Source of the DNA: Alphaproteobacteria bacterium
GTDB lineage: Bacteria; Pseudomonadota; Alphaproteobacteria; UBA7887
Direction: 5' to 3'
Length of the DNA: 64,000 bases
Assembly: GCA_965216755.1 (NCBI GenBank)
Contig: CBDCGL010000011.1
Coordinates: forward strand, 3,392,001 to 3,456,000
Positions 1 through 12,371 of the stretch are shown in pieces; position 1 is the stretch's first letter; every line of letters begins with the position of its first letter. The position numbers were made by a program, and so were the translations under genes. A model generated the notes under the pieces. It did not search any database. It was given only the letters and a program-made list of their open reading frames with translations, and was not told the origin of the DNA.

Positions 1-497
1 TTGCCAAAAAACAACGCGAAGTTCGCCAGCATGGAGATCGCGCCGGCGATCGATGCCGTGATCGTCATGATCAGTGTGTCGCGATTGCGGATGTGGGCCA
101 ATTCATGGGCCATGACCCCGGCCACTTCCTCGTCGCTGAGCCTTTTGAGTAATCCGGTGGTGGCGGCCACCGCGGCGTTGTCCGGGTTTCGGCCGGTTGC
201 AAACGCATTGGGCTGATCATTGTCGATGATATAGACCTTGGGCACGGGCAGGCCGCCGCGCTCCGCCAACTGCGCGACTATGCCCGTCAAGCCCGGCGCG
301 CTCTGCTGGTCGACTTGGCGCGCGCCGTACATGCGCAACACCATTTTGTCGGCGTTCCAATACGCGAAGCCGTTCATCGCCAGTGCGATGGCCAAGGCGA
401 TCATCATGCCGGCTTCGCCGCCGAGCATGTAGCCGATGGCCAAAAACAAACCTGTCATGGCGGCCAGCAAGACGGCCGTGCGGGCATAGTTCATCAT
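1..497 (-). CDS. htpX: Zinc metalloprotease HtpX (3' end outside window)
   Basis: Manual minus-strand translation from ATG at 497: [19 protein letters not shown]...[11 protein letters not shown]...[11 protein letters not shown] (HExxH). Absent from the ORF track because it runs off the window edge. Confidence 0.93.
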   Translation of the reverse strand, partial: MMNYARTAVLLAAMTGLFLAIGYMLGGEAGMMIALAIALAMNGFAYWNADKMVLRMYGARQVDQQSAPGLTGIVAQLAERGGLPVPKVYIIDNDQPNAFATGRNPDNAAVAATTGLLKRLSDEEVAGVMAHELAHIRNRDTLIMTITASIAGAISMLANFALFFG

Positions 498-635
498 GGT
501 GTCGTATATTGGCTCCGGTCTGACATTCTTGCGGGATCGCGCCTTTATTTGGGGCGCGGCGCACGACCAATCAACGCGCAATCGTCCGCCAAAAGTTTGG
601 CTTGTTGTCGCGCGCCTGGCCATTATGTATGCGCC

Positions 636-824
636 ATGGGACACAATCAAAGGCCCGCCCAGTCGCCGCGCCGGCCACGCCCGCAAGGGGCCGAGGACAC
701 CGACCGCACCGCCAGTGGTGGCAAAGACGAGGCGAAATGCGAAACGGAAATCGGTGGCGTTGAGGGGCCGGATCCAACCCGCTACGGTGATTGGCAGCAC
801 AAAGGCCGGGTGTCTGACTTCTGA
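636..824 (+). CDS. DUF1674 / SdhAF4-like small protein
   Basis: C-terminal [25 protein letters not shown] signature; ATG at 636 in the 315..824 frame. Confidence 0.88.
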   Translation: MGHNQRPAQSPRRPRPQGAEDTDRTASGGKDEAKCETEIGGVEGPDPTRYGDWQHKGRVSDF

Positions 825-1036
825 CCTGATCGATGGGCGCTGCCGCCCCGAACCATGGTCGCGATTTTGGCCAATCGGCGGTGAAAGTTGCGCTGGTGCC
901 GACAAGGCTATGTAATAGCTGAATTATGTGCGGGTCACGGGGCAAGCCGGCCCGCGTCAATTTGTCATTGTGGCGCGGCAGCCGAATTGTGCGAGCGGGA
1001 GTGAAATCTGGGCCGGGTAAGTCGGCGCGGACCTTG

Positions 1037-2233
1037 TTGGTCAAGCGGACGTTGACGGCCGGCGCGATCGCGGCCGCGATTCTGCTGGGAGTTGGCGCAT
1101 GCGCCAATGGCGGGGCGGCCGGGCGGCCGGCACCGGAATCGCTGCAATCCTTGATCAGAATATCGGATGCCGGTGATCCGGCCGCGGCGACCGCCATCGG
1201 CCAAAGTTACGAAATGGGGATCGGAGTCAAGACAGATCCGGCGCGTGCCGAAACCTGGTACCGCCGCGCGGGCGCGATGGGCGATCCCTTGGGTCAGTAC
1301 CTGCTGGCGCAGCTGCTTGAGAATGGCCGCGCCGGCGCGCAAGACATCGGCGCCGCGGCATCATGGTACCTGGCGGCGGCGCGGCAGGGCCACGCGCCGT
1401 CACAAGCGGCTTTGGGGCGACTGTATGACCATGGCGCAGGCGGATTGCCGCAGGATCCGGTCAAGGCGGCGCAATGGTATGCGTTGGCCGCGTCGGCGTG
1501 GGATGCCAGCGGGCGCTATCCTCTGGGCTCGGTCTATGCCACCGGGCGGCCGACCGCATTGTCGGGCGCCGGCGCTATCGAATGGTATCGTCGGGCGGCG
1601 CGCAGGGGTATCGCCGAAGCGCAATTCGACTTGGCCCAAGCCTATGAATCCGGCGCGGGAGTCGGCCGCGATCTTGGCGCGGCGCGTGATTGGTACCGCA
1701 ATGCGGCCGCCCAAGGAGACGGGCGAGCAGCGGCGGCGCTCGTTCGTCTCGATGGGCTTGAGCTGGAGCCTGTAGCGTTCGCGGCCGAACCGTCCGATGC
1801 CGCTGAGCGTGCCGTGGCCGGTAATACCGACGCGCGGATGCCACCCGCGCCCGCGCCCGCCAACGAACTGGCGGCGCCTCCGCCCGAAGGCAACAATGCC
1901 CGGCCGATCATCAGCGATATGGCGTCAGTTTCGTCAGAAGCCTCAGCGGCCGCCGACCGCGCACCGGTCGCGGCGGCAGTCGGGCCGCGCGTCCATTTGG
2001 GATCTTTCCGCGCCCGTGCCAACGCCGCGCTTGGTTGGGGCAAATTGCTCAAAGACAACCGTGATCTTCTCGGCGCTTATGACATGATCCTCGAGGCCGT
2101 GGACTTGCCCGCAAAGGGGCCCTTTGTTCGCCTCTATGTCATCGCCGATGGGCAGGCCGCGGCCAATGGTCTGTGCGCAGATCTGGCGCAGCGTGGCCTC
2201 TATTGCCACGCCGAAACCGTGGTGTCACAGTGA
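1037..2233 (+). CDS. Sel1-repeat lipoprotein with C-terminal SPOR domain
   Basis: Lipobox-like LGVGAC; repeated A..WYRRAA..G...AQ..L Sel1 units; Pro/Ala linker; SPOR-like VHLGSFR...A..GW...A..LC..L..RG..C. Start uncertain (926-1037). Confidence 0.8.
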   Translation: MVKRTLTAGAIAAAILLGVGACANGGAAGRPAPESLQSLIRISDAGDPAAATAIGQSYEMGIGVKTDPARAETWYRRAGAMGDPLGQYLLAQLLENGRAGAQDIGAAASWYLAAARQGHAPSQAALGRLYDHGAGGLPQDPVKAAQWYALAASAWDASGRYPLGSVYATGRPTALSGAGAIEWYRRAARRGIAEAQFDLAQAYESGAGVGRDLGAARDWYRNAAAQGDGRAAAALVRLDGLELEPVAFAAEPSDAAERAVAGNTDARMPPAPAPANELAAPPPEGNNARPIISDMASVSSEASAAADRAPVAAAVGPRVHLGSFRARANAALGWGKLLKDNRDLLGAYDMILEAVDLPAKGPFVRLYVIADGQAAANGLCADLAQRGLYCHAETVVSQ

Positions 2234-2255
2234 TCGCCGGCGCGTTGGCGCCAGA

Positions 2256-2618
2256 CTATTCGCCACAGGCATAGACCTTGCTTTGGTCAAAAACGATACG
2301 AATATGGGCGCGTTCAATGTCGCATACGGCCAGGCACGCGGCCGTGGTCGCGTCTTCCGCCGACAGGATCCGAGAGCTGTCATAGGGCACCGGCGCTGTC
2401 TTGAAACAGCCTTCCTCACCCTCTTTTAATGTCAAACGTTCGCCGACACAGCCACCGGCGCCGCCGTCCAAATAAAACGTGATGTCGGGGTGCACCCACG
2501 CGACCTTGAAGGCATTGGTCACACAGACCTCGCCGTTGGCGCGCACCGGCCCAGCCAATACGGGACTGACGCCGGCGCACCACGCGAGCGCCGCCAGCGC
2601 CATTGTCGATCGTCGCAT
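2256..2618 (-). CDS. Hypothetical secreted Cys-rich protein
   Basis: Signal peptide ending VLA; six Cys in the mature part; starts 5 bp after the acs stop. Confidence 0.6.
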   Translation of the reverse strand: MRRSTMALAALAWCAGVSPVLAGPVRANGEVCVTNAFKVAWVHPDITFYLDGGAGGCVGERLTLKEGEEGCFKTAPVPYDSSRILSAEDATTAACLAVCDIERAHIRIVFDQSKVYACGE

Positions 2619-2623
2619 TGCGA

Positions 2624-4570
2624 CTACCGGTTCATCCGGTTTTCAACCAGATCGTCGACCACGGCGGGTTCGGCCAACGTCGACGTGTCGCCCAGTTGGT
2701 CATGTTCGTTGGCGGCGATCTTGCGCAAGATCCGGCGCATGATCTTCCCGGAGCGGGTCTTTGGCAGACCGGGCGCCCATTGGATCAGATCCGGCGTGGC
2801 GATCGGACCGATATCTTGGCGCACCCATTTGACCAGTTCCTTACGCAGCTCTTCGTTCGGCTCCTCGCCGGCAATCAGGGTGACATAGGCGTAAATGCCT
2901 TGGCCCTTGATGTCGTGCGGAAAACCGACCACGGCGGCTTCGGCCACTTTGTCGTGGGCGACCAGAGCACTTTCCACTTCTGCCGTGCCCATGCGGTGGC
3001 CCGAGACGTTGATCACGTCGTCGACCCGGCCGGTGATCCAATAATAGCCGTCTTCGTCACGACGGCAGCCATCGCCGGTGAAATACATGCCTTTATAGGT
3101 ACGGAAATACGTCATCATGAACCGTTCATGATCGCCGTACACCGTGCGCATTTGACCGGGCCATGAATCGCCAATGCAAAGATTTCCTTCGCACGCGCCG
3201 TTCAGGGCTTTGCCTTCCGCATCGACGATGACCGGACTGACACCAAAAAACGGTCGCGTCGCCGAGCCCGGCTTCAGCGCCGTCGCGCCCGGTAGCGGCG
3301 TGATCAAAATGCCACCGGTCTCGGTTTGCCACCAAGTATCGACAATCGGGCACCGGCGATCACCGACCACCTCGAAATACCACATCCACGCTTCCGGATT
3401 GATCGGCTCGCCGACGCTGCCGAGTACCCGCAGGCTATCGCGCTTGGTGCGTTTGACCGGGCCGTCGCCGTCACGCATCAACGCGCGAATGGCAGTCGGT
3501 GCGGTATAGAAAATGCTGACATTGTGTTTGTCGCATACCTGCCAGAAGCGCGATGTGTCGGGATAATTGGGCACCCCTTCGAACATCAGCGTGGTCGCGC
3601 CGTTGGCCAAGGGGCCGTACAAAATGTAACTGTGGCCGGTCACCCAGCCGACATCAGCCGTGCACCAGTAGATATCGTCCGGGTGGTAGTCGAACACATA
3701 CTGATGGGTCATGGCGGCATAGACCAAATAGCCGCCGGTGGTGTGCAAGACCCCTTTGGGTTTGCCGGTCGAACCCGACGTGTAGAGAATAAACAGCGGG
3801 TCTTCGGCGTTCATCTCTTCGGGCGGACAGTCAGTCGACGCGCTTGCGGCGGCTTCGTGGTACCACACGTCGCGATCGGCGTTCCAGCCGACATCGGCGC
3901 CGGTTCGTTGCACCACCAATACTTTTTCGACCGACGTTACTTCGGGCCGCTGCAGCGCCTGGTCGGTGTTGCTTTTCAGAGGCACTTTGCGGCCGCCGCG
4001 CAAACCTTCATCGGCGGTAATGACGATGTTTGAATCACAATCGTGAATGCGTCCGGCCAGCGCATCGGGCGAAAAGCCGCCAAACACAACCGAATGGATG
4101 GCGCCGATGCGCGTGCATGCCAACATGGCGTAAGCAACTTCGGGCACCATCGGCATGTAGATTGTGATCCGGTCGCCCTTCTTGGCGCCAACGCTCTTCA
4201 ACACATTGGCGAAGCGGCAGACATGGTCGCGCAATTCGCCATAAGTGATCTTTTCATCTTGCGACGGGTCGTCGCCTTCCCAAATGATCGCCACCCGATC
4301 CGGCGTCTTGTCCGCATGCCGGTCGACGCAATTGGCGCTGACGTTGAGCGTACCGTCGTAAAACCATTTGATCGAAACATTGTTCGGATCAAACGAGACA
4401 TCTTTGACCTTGGTAAAGGGCTTTATCCAATCAACGCGTTTGCCCTGTTCGTCCCAGAACCCCTCCGGGTCGTCGATGGACTGCTGATACATGCGCTGAT
4501 AGCCGTCTTTGTCGATCAGCGCGTGTTTGGCCACCTGTTCCGGCACCGGAAAAATATGGGTCTCGGTCAT
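2624..4570 (-). CDS. acs: Acetyl-CoA synthetase
   Basis: [21 protein letters not shown] and [16 protein letters not shown] motifs. Confidence 0.97.
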   Translation of the reverse strand: MTETHIFPVPEQVAKHALIDKDGYQRMYQQSIDDPEGFWDEQGKRVDWIKPFTKVKDVSFDPNNVSIKWFYDGTLNVSANCVDRHADKTPDRVAIIWEGDDPSQDEKITYGELRDHVCRFANVLKSVGAKKGDRITIYMPMVPEVAYAMLACTRIGAIHSVVFGGFSPDALAGRIHDCDSNIVITADEGLRGGRKVPLKSNTDQALQRPEVTSVEKVLVVQRTGADVGWNADRDVWYHEAAASASTDCPPEEMNAEDPLFILYTSGSTGKPKGVLHTTGGYLVYAAMTHQYVFDYHPDDIYWCTADVGWVTGHSYILYGPLANGATTLMFEGVPNYPDTSRFWQVCDKHNVSIFYTAPTAIRALMRDGDGPVKRTKRDSLRVLGSVGEPINPEAWMWYFEVVGDRRCPIVDTWWQTETGGILITPLPGATALKPGSATRPFFGVSPVIVDAEGKALNGACEGNLCIGDSWPGQMRTVYGDHERFMMTYFRTYKGMYFTGDGCRRDEDGYYWITGRVDDVINVSGHRMGTAEVESALVAHDKVAEAAVVGFPHDIKGQGIYAYVTLIAGEEPNEELRKELVKWVRQDIGPIATPDLIQWAPGLPKTRSGKIMRRILRKIAANEHDQLGDTSTLAEPAVVDDLVENRMNR

Positions 4571-4657
4571 GGCGATGTTCCCCAAAATGGCTTTGTTGTG
4601 GATGGCCCTGATTATGAGGCGTCTTGTATGGCGGCGTCCACCACGCCTTGGCGGCGC

Positions 4658-4993
4658 TCACGTGCCGTGTCGAAAGATCTCGCCCTTTTCGATGACAATC
4701 GGAACCGGCGTCAGGCGCGCGCCGCGACACGGGCCCGCGAGGCAGGCGCCGTCTTCGATGCGAAAGCGCGCCCCATGATTGGCACACAGCAGCGCGCTTC
4801 GCTCGCGGGTCAGGAATCGCCCCTCGATCACGTCCAACGGCAGGTGCGCATGAGGGCAATCGTTGACATAGGCAAAGGCGCGATCGCCCTGCCGCACCAC
4901 GATCGTGCCCGGTGCCCATGGATCATTCGGATCATCGATACCGATCGCGTCACCGTCCGCCAAATCGGTGAGCGCGCACAGCCGACGTGTCAC
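4658..4993 (-). CDS. Rieske [2Fe-2S] ferredoxin
   Basis: CPH...CANHGARF...G.C..GP motif; GTG start at 4993 overlaps the EVE gene stop (GTGA). Confidence 0.88.
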   Translation of the reverse strand: MTRRLCALTDLADGDAIGIDDPNDPWAPGTIVVRQGDRAFAYVNDCPHAHLPLDVIEGRFLTRERSALLCANHGARFRIEDGACLAGPCRGARLTPVPIVIEKGEIFRHGT

Positions 4994-5406
4994 GTGCGCG
5001 CAAGTCCTGCCATGTCGCACAGCAACGCCCAATGATCTTCGCTGACCGGCATCACCGACAGACGGGTATGGCGCACCAATGCCAATTCGCCGAGCCGCGG
5101 TTCTTGTTTGACCGCGGCCAGGGTGACCGGTGTCTTGACCGGGGTCACCGGCGCCACGTCCACCATGATGAAGCGGCCGCTTTCATCCGACGGATCGGGA
5201 TACGCTTCGCGCACGATCTCCATCACGCCGACGATCTGCTTTTCGTTGACCGAATGATAAAAGAACGCCCGATCCCCAGACTTCATGGCGCGCATGTTAT
5301 TCGCTGCTTGGTGATTGCGCACACCATCCCACTCCGTCCGGCCGTCGCGGACCAAATCGCCCCAGGAATAGGCGCCAGGTTCCGATTTCATCAGCCAATA
5401 GGCCAT
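4990..5406 (-). CDS. EVE domain protein
   Basis: [10 protein letters not shown]...[25 protein letters not shown]...RLSVMPV. Confidence 0.93.
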   Translation of the reverse strand: MAYWLMKSEPGAYSWGDLVRDGRTEWDGVRNHQAANNMRAMKSGDRAFFYHSVNEKQIVGVMEIVREAYPDPSDESGRFIMVDVAPVTPVKTPVTLAAVKQEPRLGELALVRHTRLSVMPVSEDHWALLCDMAGLART

Positions 5407-5567
5407 CGCCATTCGCTCCCCCGTGTCTGCCGGTCCATCCGGCCGCGGCCCGGCACGATAGTCTACGGGACGGCCCTGTCAAAGCACCCATCCGTTGGGG
5501 CGAGTTGACCCCGGCCCGGCCTGTGTCTATCAAGCGGATCCACGTCTCCATCGACGAAAGCATCCGC

Positions 5568-6731
5568 GTGTCCAAATCCGGCTCAGCAACAGGCGATATT
5601 ATTGTGTTGGCCCAAGACCTGGTTCGCTGCCCTAGTGTCACGCCAGACGACGCCGGCGCGTTGGATGTGCTGGTTGCGGCGCTCGAACCGCTGGGTTTTG
5701 CTTGTCATCGCTTGCGGTTTGCGGCGCCGGGGACCGAGCCGGTCGAGAATCTTTATGCGCGATTGGGCACGGAGGCCCCGCACTTCTGCTTCGCCGGCCA
5801 TACCGACGTGGTGCCCGTCGGCGCGGCCACCGAATGGTCGACAGATCCGTTCGCGGGCGTGGTCCGTGATGGCATGCTCCATGGCCGTGGCGCCACCGAC
5901 ATGAAGGGCGCCATCGCCGCTTTTGTCGGTGCGGTCGTACGATTTCTCGATCAACGCGGCGATCGGCTGGCCGGTTCGATCAGTCTGCTGATCACCGGCG
6001 ATGAAGAGGGCCCGGCCGTCAACGGAACCCGCAAAGTGCTGGACTGGCTGAAGACGCGCGGTGAGCACATCGATTATTGCGTGGTCGGCGAGCCGACCAA
6101 TCCGACCACGCTCGGCGAAATGACCAAGATTGGCCGGCGCGGCAGCCTGAACGGCACCTTGACCGTCCATGGCAACCAGGGTCACGTCGCCTATCCGCAT
6201 TTGGCCGACAATCCGATCCCGCGTTTGGTCGCCGCCCTCGCGGCGTTGGACGCGTTGCCCCTGGACGAAGGGACCGAGCATTTCCAACCGTCCAATCTGG
6301 AGATCACGTCGGTTGATGTCGGCAACGCGGCCAGCAATGTCGTTCCCGGCAGCGCCGTCGCCCGTTTCAACGTCCGGTTTAACGATCTGCATACCGGCGC
6401 CAGCCTGGCGGACAGGTTTCGAAAGTTGTGCAGCCGGTACGCGGGCCGGCATGATCTGGACATCGCGATCTCGGGCGAAGCGTTTCTAACCCCGCCGGGA
6501 CCCTTGTCGAGCGTGGTGGTCGATGCCGTGACGGCCGTCACCGGCACTGCGCCAGAGCTCAGCACCAGCGGCGGTACATCGGATGCGCGCTTTATCAAGG
6601 ATATCTGTCCGGTGGTCGAATTTGGGCTGATCAGTCGCAGCATGCACAAGATTGATGAGTGCGTTGCGGTTGACGACATCGTCCGGCTCAGTGCGATCTA
6701 TCATGAAATCCTGTGCCGAGCTCTGCCGTGA
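5568..6731 (+). CDS. dapE: Succinyl-diaminopimelate desuccinylase
   Basis: [47 protein letters not shown] motifs. Confidence 0.96.
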   Translation: MSKSGSATGDIIVLAQDLVRCPSVTPDDAGALDVLVAALEPLGFACHRLRFAAPGTEPVENLYARLGTEAPHFCFAGHTDVVPVGAATEWSTDPFAGVVRDGMLHGRGATDMKGAIAAFVGAVVRFLDQRGDRLAGSISLLITGDEEGPAVNGTRKVLDWLKTRGEHIDYCVVGEPTNPTTLGEMTKIGRRGSLNGTLTVHGNQGHVAYPHLADNPIPRLVAALAALDALPLDEGTEHFQPSNLEITSVDVGNAASNVVPGSAVARFNVRFNDLHTGASLADRFRKLCSRYAGRHDLDIAISGEAFLTPPGPLSSVVVDAVTAVTGTAPELSTSGGTSDARFIKDICPVVEFGLISRSMHKIDECVAVDDIVRLSAIYHEILCRALP

Positions 6732-7294
6732 TTTTGCCTGATCGGCGCGAGATCGTTTATGCCTTGTATGGGGCCTGGCGCCTGCTGCTGCTCGATGCCA
6801 GCGGCATGCGCTTTTTCAACATCACAGTCGAAGGCTTTTGGCGATCGTTTGTCGCGATCGCGCTGGTCATGCCGGTTTATGCGGCCAACAGTTTGGCCAG
6901 CTACGGCACGGTCGAAACCGACCTGTCGCCCGGCGGCTGGGTCGCTTTTCGCTCATTGCAGGTGGTCATCAGCTGGACTGTCTATGTGCTTACGATGAGC
7001 GTGGTGACACGGGTTTTGGGGCGCTTCGACAATTACGCCGGCCTGATCATCGCGATGAATTGGATGGCCGTGCCGCAATCCGTGATCTTCATGACATCGG
7101 CGATTTTGAGTCTGATTGTGCCGCGCGACGTGGCCGCATTCATAGAGTTCGTAGTGTTATGTGTGATGTTGTTCTACGACGCCTATGTCGCGCGCGTGGC
7201 CCTGGAGATCAATCTCGCTCAAGCCATCGGGGTCGCGATTATCGGCCTGCTTATCATGCTGCTGGTTTTGGGCCTGATGATCGGGCCGGCATGA
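6728..7294 (+). CDS. Hypothetical multi-pass membrane protein
   Basis: About five hydrophobic segments; GTGA overlap with dapE and ATGA overlap with the next gene. Confidence 0.75.
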   Translation: MILPDRREIVYALYGAWRLLLLDASGMRFFNITVEGFWRSFVAIALVMPVYAANSLASYGTVETDLSPGGWVAFRSLQVVISWTVYVLTMSVVTRVLGRFDNYAGLIIAMNWMAVPQSVIFMTSAILSLIVPRDVAAFIEFVVLCVMLFYDAYVARVALEINLAQAIGVAIIGLLIMLLVLGLMIGPA

Positions 7295-8187
7295 GCAGCA
7301 CAGGCGACGCGCGCGGTCGCGCGATCGGCCTTTTTTTGTTTGCGTTGTTTCTGATCGCGGCGATGGAGGCGGCGGCCAAGGCCCTCAGTGCCAGCTTTCC
7401 GGTCTTGCAGATTGTTTGGGCGCGTTATGTCTTCCATCTGCTATTTATCCTGCCACTGATTGCCCACCATGGCATCGCGCGGACGTTGCGCACGAGGCAT
7501 CCGGTTGGGCAAATCACGCGATCATTCTTTCTGCTTGGCATGACCGGCCTCCTTTTCTACGCCATCCGCAAGGTGCCCCTGGCCGACGCCACGTCGATAC
7601 TTTTCCTCGCACCGTTGATGGTGACGGCCCTATCGGCGGTATGGCTGCAAGAACATGTCGGACCGCGACGCTGGGTCGCGGTGGCGATCGGATTTGTCGG
7701 TGCCATGATCATATTGCGGCCGGGCGCCTCGGTGTTTTCCGTTGGCGCCGTACCGCTGCTGGGGGCCGCCGTTTGTCTTGCCATGTACCAAGTGCTGACC
7801 CGGGTGGTGAGCCAAATTGATCCCCCGATGACCACGCTCACCTATACCGGCGGGATTGGTATTTTGCTGTCGTCGTTCGCCCTGCCCTTTGGTTGGCAAA
7901 CGCCAGATTTGTATGGTTGGTTGGCGCTGGCGGGTGTCGGCGCGTTGGGCGCCGCCGGCCAGTACGCCTTCATTCGCGTTTACGAACGGGTGCCGGCGTC
8001 GGCGCTGGCGCCGTTCGGCTATATTCATCTGTTGTGGGCGACCGGTTTCGGGTTTTTGCTGTTTGGCAACTTGCCGGATCGGTGGACCGTGTTGGGCGCG
8101 GCGGTTATCAGTGGAAGCGGCCTGTATGTTTATCACCGCGAATCGGTCTCGCGACGTCGGCAAACGGCGGTTGAGGCCGACGGTTAA
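7291..8187 (+). CDS. DMT/EamA family transporter
   Basis: Ten-TM pattern with PLADAT.ILFLAPL, E.VG.RRW.AV.IGFVG and AS.LAPF.Y motifs. Confidence 0.9.
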   Translation: MSSTGDARGRAIGLFLFALFLIAAMEAAAKALSASFPVLQIVWARYVFHLLFILPLIAHHGIARTLRTRHPVGQITRSFFLLGMTGLLFYAIRKVPLADATSILFLAPLMVTALSAVWLQEHVGPRRWVAVAIGFVGAMIILRPGASVFSVGAVPLLGAAVCLAMYQVLTRVVSQIDPPMTTLTYTGGIGILLSSFALPFGWQTPDLYGWLALAGVGALGAAGQYAFIRVYERVPASALAPFGYIHLLWATGFGFLLFGNLPDRWTVLGAAVISGSGLYVYHRESVSRRRQTAVEADG

Positions 8188-9631
8188 ACGGAAGATCGCC
8201 ATCGTCGGCTGTGTGCTGTTCGGTTGGGTGGCGTCGACCGCCGCCGACGATCACGTCACCGTACATATTGGCGTGACCCTGTTTGACGGCACTGGCGCGC
8301 CGCCGCTAGGCGACGCGGCGGTGGTCGTTCGGGACGATCGCATTGCCGCCGTCGGCCGGCGGCAAGACCAATCCGTGCCGTCCGAGGCGCGCGTGATCGA
8401 CCATTCGGGACGCTGGATGATTCCCGGTCTCATCGACGCGCACGTTCATCTCACCCACTCGGCCAGCCTTTACACCCAACCGGGTGGCCTCGACCTGCGC
8501 GCCTATCGCGCCATCGCCGATGAGCGCGCGCGCACCCGCGCGACCTTGCACGATACCTTTGCGCGCTATGTGGCAAGCGGGATCACCGGCGTCGTCGATC
8601 GCGGTGGCGCCTGGTGGAGTCTGGACAATCGCGACTTGGCCGGGCAGCTCCGTCCACAACATCCGGCGCCGCGCGTCGTCGTCGCCGGCCCCATGCTTGC
8701 TACGTACCAGCCGACAAACTTTGCTGGCGATGAACCGTCGGCTTGGCACGTCGAAACCGCCGCGCAAGCGCGGGCGGCAGTCGCCGCTTTGGCGGCGCGC
8801 GGGGTTGATATGGTCAAGGTGCATTTTCTGCCCACCGGCCCTCTCGCCGACGCCATGGCATGGTTCGAGGCGGCCGTTGATGCCGCGCGCAAGGCCGGCC
8901 TGCGCGTCGTTGTCCACGCCACGGACGCGGCGCTGGCGCGCGCCGTTGTCGAGGCCGGCGCCGACGGCTTGGTGCACAGTATCGACGATCGCGCTGTGTC
9001 AGCGACGGAAGCAACTTTGTTGGCAGCACGGGGCACGGTCTATACGACGACCTTGTTGGTCCATGAAGGTTATCGGGAAGTTTTTCGCGACGGCGTGCGC
9101 TTCAGCGCCATGGAGAAGCGCCTTGGCGATCCAGATGCCATTGATAGCCTCGACGACTTGGCGTCCATTCCCAGGCGCGCTTTGCCCGCCTGGCTTGGCC
9201 AACTGCGTTATGGCCGCGGTGGACGGCTCGCGACGCGCGCGCGTTTGCCTTATTACCTGGCCCGCGATACCGCTCACGTCATGGCCGAGAATTTGCGCCT
9301 ATTGGTGGCGGCGGGTGTCATCATTGCCGCCGGCACGGATGCCGGCACGGTCGGCAATTTGCATGGCCCGTCATTGCATCGCGAGCTGGCGTTGATGGTC
9401 GATGCCGGTTTGACACCGGCGCGCGTCCTGGTGGCCGCGACCCAGGGGGGTGCCGCGGCGATGGGCCGCAGCGGTGATTTGGGCACGATCACGGTTGGGA
9501 AGCTTGCCGATATGGTGGTGTTGAACGCGGATCCGCTCGCCGATATCGCCCATGCCGGCGATATCCACCGGGTCATCATTGGCGGCCACAGTTACGATCC
9601 CGCCGCGATTGCCAAACATTTGGCACACTAA
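8171..9631 (+). CDS. Secreted amidohydrolase family protein
   Basis: [15 protein letters not shown] and G.I..GKLAD.VVL motifs; N-terminal signal-like segment after TTG at 8171. Confidence 0.87.
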   Translation: MRPTVKRKIAIVGCVLFGWVASTAADDHVTVHIGVTLFDGTGAPPLGDAAVVVRDDRIAAVGRRQDQSVPSEARVIDHSGRWMIPGLIDAHVHLTHSASLYTQPGGLDLRAYRAIADERARTRATLHDTFARYVASGITGVVDRGGAWWSLDNRDLAGQLRPQHPAPRVVVAGPMLATYQPTNFAGDEPSAWHVETAAQARAAVAALAARGVDMVKVHFLPTGPLADAMAWFEAAVDAARKAGLRVVVHATDAALARAVVEAGADGLVHSIDDRAVSATEATLLAARGTVYTTTLLVHEGYREVFRDGVRFSAMEKRLGDPDAIDSLDDLASIPRRALPAWLGQLRYGRGGRLATRARLPYYLARDTAHVMAENLRLLVAAGVIIAAGTDAGTVGNLHGPSLHRELALMVDAGLTPARVLVAATQGGAAAMGRSGDLGTITVGKLADMVVLNADPLADIAHAGDIHRVIIGGHSYDPAAIAKHLAH

Positions 9632-10383
9632 TCGTCGTGGCGCCCGTCATAGTCGACGGCGGCGAGATAGAGCCCGTGCGCGGGGGCGGCGGGACCAGCC
9701 TGGGTGCGGTCGCGGGCGGCAAGGACTTCGGCGATGGCCTCAACCGGCCACTTGCCCTCGCCAACCAATGCCAGACTGCCGACCATATTGCGCACTTGAT
9801 GATGCAGAAATGATCGGGCGCTGGTGGCGATGGTGATGGTCGTGCCGTCGCACCACACGTCAAGGCGGTCGAGGGTCTTGACCGGCGACTTGGCCTGACA
9901 TTCGGCGGCGCGAAAACTGGTAAAATCGTGACGGCCGCACAGGCTTTGTGCCGCACTGTGCATGGCTATTTCGTCGAGCGGCCGCGCCAGCCACCACGCG
10001 CGCTTGCGGCGCAGCGCCAACGGCGCGCGGCGATTGACGATGTCATAACGGTAGTGGCGGCGCGTCGCGGAAAAGCGGGCATGAAAGTCGTCGCCGACCA
10101 TTTCGGCGGCCAGCACGACGATGGCGCGCGGCCGCACATGCGCGTTGATCGCATCGCGCACTGTTTTCGGGTCGTGAGTCTTGCTCAAATCGACATGGGC
10201 GACTTGGCCCTCGGCGTGGACACCGGCGTCGGTGCGGCCGGCGGCGACGATGGTTGCCGTGTCACCACAAAACGCCGTGACAGCTTGTTCCAAGGCGCCC
10301 TGGACCGATGGGCCGCTGGTCTGACGCTGCCAGCCGACCAACCCGGTGCCGTCATATTCCAGGGTCAGCTTGTAACGCGGCAT
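9628..10383 (-). CDS. truA: tRNA pseudouridine(38-40) synthase
   Basis: EYDGT...[34 protein letters not shown]. Confidence 0.96.
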   Translation of the reverse strand: MPRYKLTLEYDGTGLVGWQRQTSGPSVQGALEQAVTAFCGDTATIVAAGRTDAGVHAEGQVAHVDLSKTHDPKTVRDAINAHVRPRAIVVLAAEMVGDDFHARFSATRRHYRYDIVNRRAPLALRRKRAWWLARPLDEIAMHSAAQSLCGRHDFTSFRAAECQAKSPVKTLDRLDVWCDGTTITIATSARSFLHHQVRNMVGSLALVGEGKWPVEAIAEVLAARDRTQAGPAAPAHGLYLAAVDYDGRHDD

Positions 10384-10405
10384 GGGGCTTGTTCGCGCCG
10401 CGATT

Positions 10406-10876
10406 CTAAGCCGGCGTCTTGGCGCCCGGGCGAAACGTATCGCGGTCGGCAATCAGCACGATAACCTCCTTACCGCAGGCTTCCAGCGCTTCGGCAAGTT
10501 GATTGATCTGCTCCTTGCGCGCCGCGTCACGGAGCCGGCGCACATCCTTTTTGCGTAGGCCGAGCATGCGTGCTAAGGCGCCATTGTCGATATCGCCCGC
10601 CTCCATGGCTTGATTGAGCGCCGCCTTGGCCGCGATCGTGATGTCCAGCGGCACCAGGACCTCGTGTGGGCGGCGCGGCGACGCGCGCGGCAAATCGCGG
10701 CTGCGCCTGAGCCATGCCATCGCGGCAAGGCGGATGGCGTCCTTGGCAGCTTCAAAGGCATCTTCCCAATCAGCGCCCCGGGTGGTGACATCGGGGAAAT
10801 CACGAAACGTTACCCGGGTCTTGCCATTGGCGCCGGGTTCCGACTCAAAAATGGCGGGATACAAGAAACTATCCAT
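10406..10876 (-). CDS. HicB-family antitoxin-like protein (orphan)
   Basis: YPAIF...[13 protein letters not shown]...AFEAAKDAI...LP.AS N-terminal domain plus C-terminal HTH (ALARMLG...VRRL...[10 protein letters not shown]). Confidence 0.82.
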   Translation of the reverse strand: MDSFLYPAIFESEPGANGKTRVTFRDFPDVTTRGADWEDAFEAAKDAIRLAAMAWLRRSRDLPRASPRRPHEVLVPLDITIAAKAALNQAMEAGDIDNGALARMLGLRKKDVRRLRDAARKEQINQLAEALEACGKEVIVLIADRDTFRPGAKTPA

Positions 10877-10883
10877 GGGGTTC

Positions 10884-11819
10884 CTAAGGGTTGGATACGG
10901 CAAGCTGCAGGCCTGCCTCCAGGGGGTGGCCGCGCAACACTTCGGCGGCGTCCATAACCCGCTTGCCGGGGCGTTGGATGCGGGTCAGGCGCAAAGCACC
11001 TTGGCCACATGCGATTGTCAGTTGATCGTCGACCAAGGTGCCCGGCATGGCATCGCGCGCGGGGGATGCCGTCGGCATGGCCATCAGCACTTTCCAGCGA
11101 TCGTTACCGACACGAAACCACGCTCCGGGATGGGGGCTCAGCGCGCGGATCTGGCGCGCCAAGCTTTCGGCGTCTTGGCGCCAGTCTAACGGCTCGTCTT
11201 CACGGGTCAGTTTGCGGGCATATGTGGCGCCCGCGTCCGGCTGCGGGGTGGCGTCTAAGTCGTTGGCTGCCAGGCGATCGAGGGCCGTAACGATCAGCTC
11301 GGCGCCGACGGTGCGCAGCCGATCGTGGAGCGTACCTGCGGTGTCGTGCGTGCGAATCGGCAGCGCCGCACGAAGCAACATCGGGCCGGTATCCAGGCCT
11401 TCATCCATGCGCATGATCGTAATGCCGGTTTCCGCATCGCCGGCCATGATCGCCCGTTGGATCGGCGCCGCGCCGCGCCAGCGCGGCAACAACGAGGCAT
11501 GGATATTGATGCAGCCAAGCCGGGGTGCGTCGAGCACAGGTTTGGGCAGGATCAAACCATACGCGGCCACCACGGCGATATCGGCCCGCAAGTCGGCAAA
11601 CGCCGCCTGGGCGTCTGAATCACGCAAACTCTTCGGCGTGGCGACGGTCAAGCGGTGTGCGGCGGCCGCGTTGTGGACAGGGCTGCAACGACGTTGCTTT
11701 CCCCGACCGGCCGGGCGCGGCGGCTGCGTGTAGACGCAAACCAGTTCCTGGCCGGCGTCGCACAAAGCGTCGAGCGCCGGTACGGCAAACTCCGGCGTGC
11801 CCATAAATATGACACGCAT
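10884..11819 (-). CDS. fmt: Methionyl-tRNA formyltransferase
   Basis: [28 protein letters not shown]. Confidence 0.97.
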   Translation of the reverse strand: MRVIFMGTPEFAVPALDALCDAGQELVCVYTQPPRPAGRGKQRRCSPVHNAAAAHRLTVATPKSLRDSDAQAAFADLRADIAVVAAYGLILPKPVLDAPRLGCINIHASLLPRWRGAAPIQRAIMAGDAETGITIMRMDEGLDTGPMLLRAALPIRTHDTAGTLHDRLRTVGAELIVTALDRLAANDLDATPQPDAGATYARKLTREDEPLDWRQDAESLARQIRALSPHPGAWFRVGNDRWKVLMAMPTASPARDAMPGTLVDDQLTIACGQGALRLTRIQRPGKRVMDAAEVLRGHPLEAGLQLAVSNP

Positions 11820-11825
11820 GGCGGG

Positions 11826-12371
11826 TTACAGAACGGGTGCATTGGCGGGCGTTTTCGGCGCCGGCGCCTGTTTCTTGCCCTTGGCCAGGCGACGCAAGAT
11901 CATGTCCCGCTTGAGCCGCGAGATATGGTCGACAAACAGGCGGCCATCCAAATGGTCGATTTCGTGTTGCACGCAAGTGGCCAGCAGGCCGTCGGCCTCA
12001 ATTTCCCGCGCGGTGCCATGTTGGTCCATATAGCGCACCCGTACCACCGCCGGCCGTTCGACATCGGCGAATTGTTCAGGCAGCGAAAGGCAGCCCTCTT
12101 CGTGCACGGACATCTCGTCGCTTGTCCACAGCACTTCCGGATTGGCCATCTGATATGGATTTGGGGGGCCGTCCTTTGGCGCGCAGTCGACCACAATGAC
12201 GCGCTGGGCAATGCCGACCTGCGGCGCCGCCAATCCGACACCCGGCGCCGCGTACATGGTTTCCAGCATATCGGCCATTAACTGACGCACGCCGCCATCG
12301 ACGGCCGGCACCGGCGCGGCGGTGATTTTCAGGCGTGGATCCGGCGCGGTGATGATCGGCAGTTTGGCCAT
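11826..12371 (-). CDS. def: Peptide deformylase
   Basis: GVGLAAPQ, EGCLS, QHEIDHL. Confidence 0.97.
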   Translation of the reverse strand: MAKLPIITAPDPRLKITAAPVPAVDGGVRQLMADMLETMYAAPGVGLAAPQVGIAQRVIVVDCAPKDGPPNPYQMANPEVLWTSDEMSVHEEGCLSLPEQFADVERPAVVRVRYMDQHGTAREIEADGLLATCVQHEIDHLDGRLFVDHISRLKRDMILRRLAKGKKQAPAPKTPANAPVL

